Positions 12,139-26,136 are shown, counted from the first letter of the stretch. The stretch: 64,000 bases of DNA from Adineta vaga (GCA_021613535.1 CP075497.1:3968001-4032000), one strand, 5' to 3'. Made by a program: numbers and translations. The notes: generated by a model not told the origin, from the sequence alone.

Positions 12139-13001
12139 TCATGAAATTACACAACAACCATTTTTCTTTTGAGATGAACGTTTTTCTTTATTTGAAGGAC
12201 GAATAGGTTTATCAGAATCCACTGCTTCATTTGATGTCACAGGAACAGTAAGCGCTTGTGAATAGTCATTTGCTACGGATGTAGATGATGTTTTATCCGT
12301 TGCTGATAAAGATGAATCCATATGTATAGGTTTGTTTTTTTCATAAATACTTGATACTAATAAAATAAATGCTTGTTCAACATTTGATGCATTTAAAGCA
12401 GATGTTTCCATATACGATAGATTAAGACGTCGGGCGAGATCTGTTGCTTGTTCACGTGATATTCTTCGTTCATGTGTAAGATCTGATTTATTACCAACAA
12501 GAACAATTGGTAAATCAGATGGTGTATGTCGATAAACTTCTTCAACCCAAGTAGATACATGTTCGAATGTATTAGGTTTTGTTAAATCGAAAACAACTAG
12601 AGCACCTTCACTACCACGATAAAATTGTGGAATTACTGTTTTAAATCGTTCCTGACCAGCTGTATCCTATTTATTAAAGAGAAAAATGATCATTTTTTTT
12701 ATAAATAAGGAATACGAATAGATGAATGAATACATACCCAAACTTGAGTTTTTACTCTTTTCCCATCAATGAGAAGTTGTTTATTAGCAAATTCAACTCC
12801 TATAGTTGATTGAGTATCCAGACGAAATTCATTCCGTGTAAAACGCAATAAAAGATTACTCTTAATATAAATAAAACGATGACTAACTTTCAAATCTTCT
12901 CCTCAATGAATAGATCATACTTTTCCCACAGAACTATCACCTATGATAACGATTTTGAATATAAAATCATACTCAGACGATATAGTAGTAGAACGTTTCA
13001 T
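12139..13001 (-). CDS. Divergent Rab11/Rab25-family GTPase, 3 coding exons
   Basis: [27 protein letters not shown]|[41 protein letters not shown]|[18 protein letters not shown]...VGNKSDL...[15 protein letters not shown]...[27 protein letters not shown] is Rab11-type. Confidence 0.88.
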
Positions 13002-13511
13002 GTTTGGTCCTATAACAAAAGAAAATTTGAAGTCAACTTTGATATCAATGTGTCATGGATAACAAAGCAAATGTGCATTGTTTTTTTCATTTTTTACTCT
13101 TGTTAAATTATCTTATCAGACAAAAAGATGTACTATCAAATAGAAAAGAAGAGAGAACTATTTGAAGTCCGTTGCACGTTTCTTTTTTCTGTACTTTACT
13201 CTAATTCAAGATAGAGAAAATCAACAAATGGTACAAATTTAACGTAAATTAAATGACATTTCTCTTTCGATAAATAAAATAATCACATGAGATTTGTGTA
13301 TACTCATAATCTACTATGACTCATCGCTTCAACGAATGCTATCTTTTCATTTTATGATTAAGAGTTTAATGAATACGTTTTAAGACTAGTGATCCTTCTT
13401 TTTAATCGAGTAAATTCAGTTTTTTTGTTACAGAAATAAAGAAAACTATAAAAGCAGAATAAAAATCAGCGATAAAATTTTCAGTTCATTGTTTTTTTCT
13501 TCAAATGAATA

Positions 13512-13757
13512 TTAATTTTGTGTTTGTTGTTTTTCTTCCAAATAGGCTTGCTTTTCTCCATCGGTTAAACCACCTTTTGGAGGATTTTCCACATGATTTA
13601 AATCATATTTACCACCTTGAACTTCGAGTAAAACTTTGGCTTGTGTTGTTGAAAGTAATTCAGCAGGTGGTTGAACATGTTTTAATGTATGATCTTGTCT
13701 TGTCACTTCAGCCAAGAGAGCTTTTTGAACTGATCCAATAGCATCTGTTGAAGCCAT
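13512..13757 (-). CDS. 81-aa actin-monomer-binding miniprotein with two WH2/beta-thymosin-like repeats (actobindin-like)
   Basis: Two repeats: QKALLAEVTRQDHTLKHVQPP and QAKVLLEVQGGKYDLNHVENPP, each an amphipathic helix plus an LKHV-like motif. Single coding exon. Confidence 0.7.
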   Translation of the reverse strand: MASTDAIGSVQKALLAEVTRQDHTLKHVQPPAELLSTTQAKVLLEVQGGKYDLNHVENPPKGGLTDGEKQAYLEEKQQTQN

Positions 13758-15252
13758 TTTATTGACGAAAGTGTGAAATAAACAGAATAATCTGAAACGA
13801 CAATCATATCGTATTGTTTGTTTTATCCAAATACATCAATTTCTTCTATTTATAATCTTCGATACCTACTCACTTTTGCTTTAAATTCGAAGCTAAAAAC
13901 AAAGAAAAAGATATGCTTTATATACGTAAAGAAACTATCGAATGTAGGTGGAAATATTTTCTAAAAATGCTCCTTATTCAAACAACAACATAAAATATTT
14001 GACACCCACATTGCAACATGATTTATTAAAACTATTTTTCATACATTTTTATCGGAAAAAAACACATATATATAATTCTATTTCTGTGCTTACCCCCCGA
14101 CTTCTTAAAATAGAACGTAATCGAAACCTTTCTCAAGTTACTTTAGAAATATTCATACACATAGTCTGTCAGACGGAGAAAGAAATCTCAAAACGCTACT
14201 TACACTTTTTACAAGTTTCGAAAACTATATTAATGTTTAACATCACTCATTACATCCAACAAGAACACAGCAGGTTCCACTCTAATCGATAGAAATCAGC
14301 AGATCGATACTGTTTTTATTAATAAAATCTAAAAACGCAATTTCTGTCGCTATTTTTTTTCTTGTTCGAAATTGTATACCTGGAGTACATAAAATAGTTC
14401 TCATCTATTTTCGAGAGTAACCATTTATTACATGTGAATAATGCACATATATAATGAAGAAAAATATGTTACGTTACTTTTTTTCGAGTTCTGTGACTTT
14501 CTCTAATATTTATTCATTTATCAACATGTACAAATAAAGAAACATTATGATCGAGATCACTAATTGTTATATTATGATGAATAGATGAATCAAGTTCATA
14601 CGATAAATAATGATTTTGATTCATTTAGAAAAATAAAGTTTCGAATTTGTTATAAAAACTAACTTGATTCAAAAGTCATAATCAATTCTATGATTATCAT
14701 ATCTAACATATTCATTACATACCTTACGTTTCGAAAGAATCATTATTTTCTACAATAAAGTCTATCTAAAACTAAACAGAATCTTTCTTATCGAACAAAG
14801 GTTTATCCAAAAGAAAGGAAATACCCAGTGTAAGAATGTACAGAAAAGAGGTTAGATGACATGTAACACAACAAAGAAAAGTGTATGATGATCTGTTCAT
14901 CATGTTTTTAGTATTGATTGTTTGATTTTGATTATTTTTAATTAATTTCCATTTGAATATTCTGTGTAACAGCGCCATCTAGTTAGATTGAAAGAAGAAA
15001 ATAGAATATTACATCGAAAAATAATTACGAGCGACATCAAAAACCGATTTCGTAATATATCTTTTTGATTGGTAAATGAATCATTTGAAATATCGAAGTC
15101 GAATAATTCCATAGACTAACTAGATTATATTTTAAGACAAATAAAGAAATGATCAGCATAAAAGAACTTCCTTTTTTTTCTGTGAAAAGAAAATTAAAAA
15201 CTCTTTTCCTTTAGATTTTCGTTGGTTGAATTTCAATTTTCATCGCATAGAA

Positions 15253-16837
15253 ATGGTTTTCTTCTTTACAAGCAATGGTAAAATAATATTTCATCAATAT
15301 TTAAAAAGTTTCTTATGATTTTTTAGTGGTCAATCCATCCTATACCATCTATATGGGTCGAGATAAATATGAAAGTAAACTGAACATAATTTCTCATTTC
15401 TAAATTCAATCGAATTACTTCTTATTAGATAATGAATTATTGAAATATTGTTGGCCAGAAGATGTTTGGTTTGTAGATCAATTCAAATCGTATTCAATTC
15501 ATTCTAAACTTTTCTGTAATTTCAGGTTTCATGTTAGTAAATTATCATCTGCTCACGTCTATTTAAGACTTCATAAGGTAAAGAATTAAAATGATTTATA
15601 AATCTCTTGAACAAGATTTCTTTAGGGTGAAAATATTGATGATATTCATCCCGAAGCTTTACATGATTGTTGTCAATTGGTGAAAGCAAATAGTATTGAA
15701 GGTTGTAAATTAAATAAAGTAGATATTGTCTATACACCTGTTAGTAATCTTCGACAAACTAATGATATGGATGTTGGTCAAGTAGGATTTCATATTGATA
15801 AACATGTAAATGAGTTTTATTTGAATAATTCGTTTTTTTAAATAAGTTAATGATTCTTTTTCTCAAGGTAAAACAATATGTTGTCGATAAAAAACAAAAT
15901 GAAATTGTCAATCGATTAAATAAAACTAAAACAGAAATACCAACGGAAGAATTTATTGTATGAGAATGTTTACCTTACAGAGATATTTATTTCGAATATT
16001 TAGAGTCAACGAGAACAACGAGATAATCAAGAACGTGAAGAGAAAAAACGTTTAATGAGAGAACAAAAACAACGAGATAAAGAAGAAGAAAAACGTCGAC
16101 AAGAATCTGCTGAATTAAAGTATTAAAAAAAAAGTCAAAATTTTCATAAAAAAAACAGAATCATTTCAACTTTGTTTTAGAAATTATACAGCGCTGATGC
16201 ATTCGGATAAAATGCGATCAAATAAGGTATAACTATCTCCATAGAAATTTAATAGAGTCTAATTGCGATTTATAAATCAAACGTTTCAATCAAATGAAAT
16301 TTAACTGCTTTTGCAGATGTGGAAAAAAAAACAATTACGATGAGTCATTGCATCTTATTTTTTACTTTTTATAAATCCTAATGAAAATTATTGGACGATC
16401 AGGATAGAAGTATCGTTTTTTTCTCTCCTATGTAACATCTGTTTGATATGATGAGAATAGATCATTTTGGTGTAAGTTTCCCATGTACTATTCTCCAAGA
16501 AATATGAGTCTATTTTAATCATTGTAACATTCAAGTATTTGTAGTTCTCGATTGAATCTTAGCAATATCACGTTCTATTCTGTCGCTAACGTATATTTAC
16601 TAAATAAATCAAATCTAGTCCTTATTACATCAGTACTTAAGAAAAGTTGATTTTTATTAATATTCTTCTAGTTTAAAAAAAATTCTCAGATATTTTTTTG
16701 CATTTATTAGACAGGTTTAATTCTCTTCCGTTCATTATTAATAAAAAAAGTTTAACTTCCGTTCAGAAAGTCAATGATATTCTTCTCCTCTTTTTTGTTT
16801 CATTTAGGATGGTAATGAATCCGATGAATTCATGTAA
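15253..16837 (+). CDS. CCDC25: Coiled-coil domain-containing protein 25 (NFACT-R domain), multi-exon
   Basis: [16 protein letters not shown]|[14 protein letters not shown]|[47 protein letters not shown]...NRLNKTK, then a charged coiled coil. Last exon 16808-16837 encodes DGNESDEFM*. Confidence 0.95.
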
Positions 16838-16947
16838 AACAATTGCAAATCCAACAGTTGATCCATTTTTACATTTCGTTTTAATCAATAAAAGATTTCT
16901 GTTGTTCACTCTGCATATTTTTCAGATAAAAAAGATCTGTTTTGAGT

Positions 16948-19166
16948 ATGACAACGAACCATATCCCATTATCAGTGATTGCTAAATGTGCATCATGTTC
17001 TATTAAAACTAATCTTTTTATATGTTCACATTGTGATCAAGTTATTTGCCAGACATGTGTGGATAAACATCAGTTAAAACTTCATGAAACATTGAAAGAA
17101 CAATGGGATTTATGTAAAACAAAATATGAAGATTTAAATCAATTAGCAGGTACAGAAACAAAAACAATAAGTTTGATATTCTATTTTGAATTATTTGATG
17201 TGTAGATCATTATGATAAAGATGTAATTCATTTTGAGAATGAAATAGAACAAATTCGATCAACGATCGATCAACGACGTTTGAATCTGATACATTTAGTT
17301 GAGAATGAGAAAAATACTTTATTAAATAAAATAGAAGAATATATTCAAATAAATCTTTCAAAGTAAAAATGAAAATCAAGGTTTGGTTTTTGAAATAAAA
17401 CATTCTTTTTGTTTTTATATAGTGTTCGACATACAGATCTTCAACAATTGTATGATTCGATTAATCAACGATTAACTGCTGTCTTTCAGTAAGACGAATA
17501 TTTCCATTTTAGCTTTGGAAAACGTGTTTTGATTTAGAAATTCTGATACAACTTGTAATACCGATGATTTTCTTTTGGAAATTCAATATTTCAATACTTT
17601 AATCTATGATAGAGAAAAGCAAATACAGACGATGGTGTTTAAAGTAAGGTTTCTCATCTCTCTCTCTCTATATATATCTGTCATTTTAATCGCTTACTAA
17701 CATCTTTTGTCTTATTGTTAATCATTGTGACTGGAAAAAGAAGTGTGAAATTACTTCTAGAATCATCGATGTATACAAATAGGAGAGAAAGATCTTTTAT
17801 TTCTTTATAGTACCCTTATTTATCCCCTCCAAAACCGCTAAGTATATCTGATGTCTTTGGTCAATTACAATGGACTTCTAAAGCAATGTCGAATACGATT
17901 TTGACTAGACCGTCAATCATTTCTAGTCGATCATTAAATTCAATCGTATATGAATCGTTTTCAAACGACACTCAAAATGACTTTCAAGAAACTTCGACAA
18001 TGTTACCAGAAGATTCAATATCATTATTATCATCTTCATCAGCATCCTCATCCTTACCTATCACCCAAAGACAAAAACAATGGACCACTGATGCAGCTGG
18101 TGTACCTCATTTTCTTTCTGTACTTTCCAAGAAAAATCATCTTCTTTTCGCTTGTGATAAATTGGGTTCTATTGATTTATATCAACTTGATGGGAATTCA
18201 CCTAAAAATGCTCCTCGTCATTTACGTCATTTCGAACTATTTCCTGGGAATACAACGAGTAAACAACCACAAATTATTGAAACATTTACAGTCTATACAC
18301 CATATATTGTCATTGCAGCTCGTATGTTTATATTCTTGATTGAAAGAAATCATTTCATTGAAATTTTCTAGATTTAAGTGATCAAACTGATACAAGCTCG
18401 ATATATTTTTTTGATCATCGTGGTTATCAACAGGGAGAAACATGTATACAGAATTTTCCCGTTCGACAACTTTCTGCTGATGTTAGTTTTAAATGTTTAT
18501 GGGGAGTAGATCGTCATCAACATTTAGGTAAAAAATATGTGAAAATTTAATAATTTATTTCTATTCTATGAAGGACTTTTGTAGTTTATTATAATCAATT
18601 ACCTGTTAGTGTTCAACAGATTGGAGATTTTATGAAACAACGTGAGGAGTTTTTAAAATTTGGTCGAGATTTTGAACCAATTAGGTGATTGAATTGGAGA
18701 AATAGTGTTATAGAATGAATGCTTTTATATTTTTTAGAATAGCTCAAAATCAAACGGCAGTTGCAATTGTGGAACGAAATTCACAAAGTGCTCATATATT
18801 TGATAAACAAACAAAAAAACAGATCAATGAAATAGAAAATCTCTTACGTATCAAAGGAACATTTCGTCTATGGAATGCTTTAGTATGTTTGATTTAATAA
18901 TGTTTATTGAAAAGAGATTTGTATGTTTCTTTCTTTTCTAGCTTCGTAATGATAATTCTATGGTGCTTAAGTTAGATGAAGATTTACCTCCCAATAGTCG
19001 TCCGCCTTCGATAAATCATCTTATACTTGAATTAGATTCAAATGGTGCATCAATATCTCAAATTGAACGTACATCTGTCTTCGGTTTTGTTATTGGACCG
19101 AATGGTGAAATTCTTCTGGGTTGTAAACGTTATCAACAAAATGGATTAATTGAATGTTACATTTAA
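16948..19166 (+). CDS. Array member A: RING-less B-box-like/coiled-coil/beta-propeller protein (divergent TRIM-NHL-like)
   Basis: Starts MTTNHIPLSVIAKCASCSIKTNLFICSHCDQVICQTCVDKH. Coiled-coil exons have intron phases 1-2-2-0. Ser-rich linker, then QWTTDAAGVPHFL..LFACDKLG..LFP..., ending FGFVIGPNGEILLG..GLIECYI*. Confidence 0.85.
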
Positions 19167-19491
19167 CAAATCTTCTTTTTATGAACTATATATGCTATTT
19201 CGAACGATTTTTCGTTTAATTAGATCAGATACAGAGAGGCTTGATAATATCGATTGAAGTCTGTTTTCTTTCTTTTCTAGACCAATTTTTCTTTTCTTTT
19301 CTCCTTCTTTCTTTTTCAACATATTCTTTGCCACTCTTCTTAACAACGAAAAAGAAAAATGAAAGAATGTGCTGTTACTTTTTTGCTCTTTTCTTCTGAA
19401 AGGTTTAATCAGCGTCGACATATAAGTAAATTCTTATAGAAATCAACTTTATTTTAGATGCATATGTTCATTTAAGTTATACTAGGAAACA

Positions 19492-22400
19492 ATGTCTAGT
19501 TCAGATAATTGTCCAAACTGGTAAAAATTTTGTTGACATTTTTGAACAATGATATAATTTTTACTGTATATCTAGTGATAATATCTATGGTAATGAACCA
19601 CGTAGAATTCCATGGTAATAATATTGAAGGAAATACTTGTTTGATAATTGGATTTTTATTTGTTTTAGTGGTCATATTGTGTGTCATAAATGTTGTTTGG
19701 AATTGTTTAACAAAGAGGACAATACTCTGATATGTCCTGTATGTGATACAACACATTCATTTAAATCAAAAAATATATTTAAAAAGTCTTTACAACAAGT
19801 TCCTCACTCTAATTTTGGAAAGAAGACAACAATACGTGAAGTTGCTTTTGCGTCATCAATGGTAAGATTTTCTGATAACAAGAAAACAATGGAAAAGATT
19901 GATTGCTCATCGATTTATTTCCTTTGTTTGTAGCCAGTGGAAAAAGCGTCGGTTGCAGAAAAATCTGCGCATAAAGAAGTGAAAAAAGCAGCAGCAAATT
20001 TACCAACAGCTCCGCCGGGTGCACCACCAGAAGGAACACCAACGCATACTACTCCACCGCCGCCACCACCACCACCACCGCCTCCGGAACCTGTTGCTGT
20101 TATCGCTACTAAACCACCACCGCCAGTACCACTTATGCCACCAAGATCTTCCGTAGCAGATATTATGCCAAGATTAGCGAAACAAAAAATATCTATCACA
20201 CACAGTACACCTCCACCTTCTCTATTTAATGCAATTGTTTCTTCGCCAGCACCACTGCCACCACCAGCACCAGCACCAGCACCAACGGTATCAACACAAT
20301 CATTATCTGTGTCTGATGCCGTTATTGCACGTTGTCATAGTTGTGGTAATAAATGTCAAGTGATTGTAAGTTGATAAAATATACATTATTATTTTATTAT
20401 TTTTTTCTTATGTATCAATATCCTAGGTTTGTGAACATTGTGATCATTTTGTATGTCTTAAATGTGCTGAAGAACATCGAACAACAACAAAAGTTGATAC
20501 ACAAGATTTAACGAATAAATGGCAAGCATGTAAAAATAAATACGATACTTTACTTCAAAAACTAAGTAACTTGTTCTTTTTATCATCAAACATTCTTATG
20601 AATATTGACTATGAAATAATAATAGAGCAATACAATCATGATAGAACTCAAATTGAAAGTGATCTTGCTGCTATACGTGTTGCCATTGAACAACGTACAC
20701 GAGATGCTACGCAATTTGTTATTCAACAACGTGATTTCTTAATTGGACAAATAAATGAACATATTGATAACGAACAAACGGTGAACAGGTATTAGAATCA
20801 ATTTATTTCTATCTTCACTAATCTATTCTTTTATCCTTAGTATCAAACATAATGAATTAGCGAATGCATTTCAAAAAATACAAAATCGATATGATAGTGC
20901 TTTAAAGTAGGATATCTATCAACACTATTTGAGAGAAAAACGTTCTGTTATTTGTTTTTCTTTAGTGGAGAAGATATTGGTGCTTATACTCAGGATGATT
21001 TCTTGCGTGATATTCATGAACTTCAAAAACGAATGAATAAACGTAGTGATTTAATTGAAACACATATCTTAAAAGTAATTATTTTCATCAAAAAGAAAGA
21101 TATTCTGAAAAAGAATTTTCAATACATCATAGATTCCAACGATTACACGATATGAACGAGTAAATATCGAAAAACTACTCGGTGAACTTCGTTTCAATCC
21201 TCCAATGATGAATGGTATGACTAATTTAACTATATCTCCTTTATCAAACCATCAACATTTACCAAAACAAAATGGTTTTTCCGATCATTCTTCGAACTAT
21301 TCAAATAAATTTACATCGAATTCATCACCAAAAATGCCGCCAGGAATGCCTTCATCATCTGTTAATACGATTACACCACCAACAAATCACATTGCATCAA
21401 CAAATGATACAAATACACTGAAACCACTCATGGCCGAAACATATACAAATAGTACACTCGATGCATTTGATGAATTTCGTCGAATGGCAGCTCAAATTCA
21501 TCAACAATTTAATGCACCCTATAGTAAAGTAATCAATGCTGCTTCTTCACCGTCATCAGGTGCAATGCCAACATCAGAGAGTAATCCAATTATGAATGGA
21601 AACGATAAAAATTCGAAAACATTATTAACTACTGCGCAACCGAAAACTCTTCCGACTGGTACATTTGCTAAAGCATGGAAAGTTGAACATACCGCCGGTA
21701 CTTAGACTCTATTTATATACATTGAAATTTATCGTTTATATACTTTTAGTACCTAATTTTTTATGTATGACACCTTACCCGACACCGAAAATTTTTGTAG
21801 TTGATAAATATGGTAAAGTATCTATATGTAGCATTCCACCTAAACCAATTAAACAATTCGAATCTTATACATTATTTCCTAATGATACGGATGAATGGAT
21901 CGAATCTGTTGTTGCCTCATCTCGATTTCTTATTGTCTATTCTCGGAAAAAACAAGATACGATGACTGGTACATTATATTTTTTTACTCATGAATGTAAA
22001 TCCGTTTTACCAAATGGTATTCATCAAAGTATTCCTGTTCATCATATTTTATGTGATCAAAATGCCAATCGTCTTTATTGTTTGGATCGAATGCGTTGTA
22101 CGATCTATTATCATACATTACCGAATAGTTTAGGAGAAATTGAAACATGTATGAAAACTAGACGTGATTTTACACAATTTAATTCCAATTATACAGCTGT
22201 GAAAATGTTACAGAATGATGATATTTTAGGATTTTATGAACGAAATGATTGTACTGTACATTTATATGATAAACAAACAGCAGAAAAAATCGAAGAATTT
22301 AAATGTGAACATTTTATGGATAAATTCGAAAGTTGGGGAATTATTGGTATGATTAAATTTTGTTTTAAAAATCGAGTTTTGTTGAGATTGATGCCTTTTT

Positions 22401-22663
22401 CTTAACTTTAATATTTTGATTTTATTGTAGCGATTCGCAAAGATAATAACAGTCTCATCTTCAAAGTTGATGAACGTGCTGATCATGATGCTGTTACTCG
22501 ACAACATATTGTTTATGAAGTAAATCGATCAACAAAACAAATCATTAATAAAATCCAACTTAATTCAGTCTTTGGAATGATTATCGGACCAAGTAATGAA
22601 GTTATTTTGGGCATTCGTCAAACAAAAGAAAGCGGCATTGTTCAATGTTATCAAAGAAAATAA
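19492..22663 (+). CDS. Array member B: RING - polyproline - B-box-like - coiled coil - beta-propeller
   Basis: MSSSDNCPNC|..EPRRIPC|GHIVCHKCCLELFNKEDNTLICPVCDTTH; poly-Pro tract; CHSCGNKCQVI|VCEHCDHFVCLKCAEEH; ends FGMIIGPSNEVILG..GIVQCYQRK* (taa 22661-22663). Confidence 0.87.
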
Positions 22664-23260
22664 GAAGACACATTATGATGGATGAATATTCGAAGTAGAA
22701 TTAAAATTAATTTTTCGTATCTGTGTTAGATCAAAGTTCAAATTCAGGCAAAGTATCATCTCTAATTTGTATATTTTTGTTTTGTTACTGAAAAAAAGAA
22801 AAAGAGAAAGATGATGAATAACTGTGATTATTGATGAGAATGACAGTTTTGTTTTGTTAATGTTGATATATATATATGCATACTTTACTTGTTTATGATT
22901 ATATTTGTATGATCTCTAGTCAGGATTAAAAAAGACTTAGTTTTTTGTTCTGTTTTCATTCGCGTGAAAAGATATATCATGTACATAAACTTTCTTTGTT
23001 CATTTTTCTATTTACTTTCATTGTTTATGGTGATATGAGTGAAAGATATGAAGGAAACGAAAAAAGAGAGAAACAGAGAAGTTTACATTTTAATGTTCAT
23101 TTCACTTTCGTTTGTTTCTTCTTCATCTTTTTTTTCTCCATTTTATGTTTTTTCTTTTTCTATTGGTTATGAATAAACACGATGATTAGTTCTAAATCAC
23201 AAACAGAATCTCTTTTCTCGCCATTTTATTTCAAATCTTTCTTCTAGAAGTCCATGAAAT

Positions 23261-25870
23261 ATGTCCATATCACGCAATATTCTTTTATGTACAGTTTGTC
23301 AATCGTTATTTAATGTAAGTGTGTTGATATTCGATCTAATTCTCTTGATTTTCTTCATTCTACAAAAAGGATGCAAGACAATTGCGATGTGGTCATTCGT
23401 TTTGTTATCAATGTATAGTTTCACATTTTGATACAACATTGAACAGAATTATTTGTTTACGATGCAAGTAAGTCTTAACAAAACGATCTCTTATACTACG
23501 ATGACTAAAATGAATCGAATTTGGTAAATTCCTATTTGCGAACAACGAGTGAACTCATGAGTCTATCCATTACAAGACTAAAATTACATCCGAATTATCT
23601 CAATAACATTAAACGTGTGTTGTTTTTTCTTTTTCAGACGTATTCATCAATTTGATTCATTTTCTCATTTTGAAATGAGTTTAATTGTCGATGCATTTGT
23701 CATGTCATTAGTCAGTGAACATCGACGTAAAATTCCAATACCATCTACGCCATTATTAGCATTTACACTTGAACAAATTCTTGAACGAAGTCCAGCTCCA
23801 TTTCTTATTGCTAAATGTGCTCAATGTACAATTCGAAAAGAACTTGGTACGTATGAAAAAAACAGAGAGTAAAATCAAGATAAATTACTTTCTGCTGAAT
23901 ATAGTTGTTTGTCCAGAATGTGAACAAGTTATTTGTTTTGAATGCATATCTCAACATCAATTAATTGTAAATAGTAATGTTCAGGAAAATTGGGTGAAAT
24001 GTAAACAAATATGGAATTATATGTATGAAAAATCAAGTAAGGATTGAAACTATTTAAAAAAAAAAGAATATTGAGAAAGTTTGATTTTGTATTCAAGTGC
24101 ATTTTGATGAACAACAGTTTGATCTCGAATCTCATATGTATGAATTAAAATTTCGAATTGAAAAACGTTCAACTTTTCTTCTACAAATGATCGAAAAATG
24201 GCAAGATATTTATCAAAATAAACTCAATCAATACGCGCAGAAATACGAAAATATTCGAGATGAAATTATATCACATTATCAATCAATTGATCAACGTATT
24301 CAAATCTTTCTCAAGTTTGTGGAAAGATAGAAGAATTCTTTATCTCATCCTACATATCTTCTAGTTCGAAAGATCCCAATCCAATTAAAGCTGAACAATT
24401 TCTTCAAGAAATTCAAAATTTTAAAATGAAATTACGTCAAAAAGAAAAACAATTGGATCTTAATTTACATAAATTACCAAATTATTCTATTCCAGATTTG
24501 AATTCATCATTACTCGGAACAATTTCTATTCAAACAACTTCTGAACATTTACGATTTAGCCTTGATGATGATAATAACGAAGAAAATCAAATTCAAAATA
24601 ATAATGATGAAGACGAAAAAGAAGAAGCAGAATCTATTGAATTAAATAACCATGAAAGTATTAGTTCCAATGAAATTCCACAGCAAACCAATGAAGACTA
24701 CGAAAATTCATTACCAACAACGACATCATTCGAAAATCTTCCAAATAAAAAACTTCTTTGGTCTTTACATTTCAAATTCGTTCCACAATATATTGCACTC
24801 TATCGACAATCGATTTTATTTGCATCGGATCGTTGGGGATTTGTCAGGTAAATACTATCATTCATTTCGTATTCTCAGAAGATCGACATGAAACTTATTT
24901 TAGTACATGGACATATACAAATGCACGTAATAAACCAATACCAAAGAAATCTTTTGTTCTCTTTCCACAATTTCGAGTTGGTACATGGTCACGTGTCTAT
25001 GTTGAATCATTTAGTGTTTGTAAGTTTTATTGAATTCATTTATGAAAATTGTTCTTTCAAAATCATTTAGATAAACCATATATTTGTGTTTTTGTCAAAG
25101 GATCAGATGAATCACTTGCAAATTTTATTGCTTTTTTTACTCATACAGGACAATTACAAATGAAAGTAGAATACGATCATCGATATACACTTCGACAATT
25201 GATTTGTGATGAAAGTTCGAAAGGAAATTGTATATGTATGTAGAAAAATCTATTGTCAAAGTTATTTGTTTAATTCAATTCGATTTCAAGGGGCGGTTGA
25301 TCGTGGCATGCATTGCATTTATAAACATGATTTACCACGAAATAATAAAGAAATCAAAACTTGTTTATCGACACATAAAACAGCGACTCGTCTAAATGAT
25401 CGAACTTGTGATGTTATTCGAATGGCTATCAATCAAAATCTTCTCGCAATACTTGGTAAATTCAAATTTCATTGAGAAGATATTCATATTAAATGTATCA
25501 TTTTGCTTGTGATTTAGATTCTCGAACACAAATAGTCACATTTTATGACAAAGTAACTCAAAAAGAAGTCGGTGTTTATTCAGCAGATTGTTTACCAACC
25601 GGTGAAAATAAACTATGGCGTGTAGAAATCTTTCCAGATAATAGTCTTCTCTTACGTTTTGATGATAATGAACGTACCGGTGATCGTTCTCAAGTTATTC
25701 ATCATATTGTTGCACATGTTCGAAAGAATGAAATCAATGGCAAATATGAAGCTATTTCACAAATTCAAGCGACGAATGTTTATGGTTTTGCCATTGGTCC
25801 TGAATCGGAAGTTATTGTTGGTTTAAGAAAAGCAAATTGTTTCGAAGGTCTCATTAAATGTTATGTCTGA
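23261..25870 (+). CDS. Array member C: RING - B-box-like - coiled coil - acidic linker - beta-propeller
   Basis: MSISRNILLCTVCQSLFN|DARQLRCGHSFCYQC..IICLRCK|RIH; IAKCAQCTIRKEL|VVCPECEQVICFECISQH; ends YGFAIGPESEVIVG..GLIKCYV*. Confidence 0.87.
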
Positions 25871-26136
25871 TAGATAATTCGAAATAATTTAATTGTCTGA
25901 TATTCATTTCTTTCTTTCTTTTTTTGTTCTTGTTATTTTACGTCTTATTAGTTGTTTATATTTCCTACAAGTCAGATCATACAATTCCAATAGTAACGAT
26001 TTACTTTTCTTAGTTATTTTCTTTTTCTTGTCAGATTTAACTTTAAACAGTGTACATAAGAAACTTTATTGAACACGATTTACTTTTCAGATATTATCTT
26101 TCTATCAATGGAAAATTTAACATAGATATTTCAATT

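Noticed and set aside
19915-20199. Poly-glycine ORF on - strand
   Set aside because: Antisense shadow of member B's polyproline exon.
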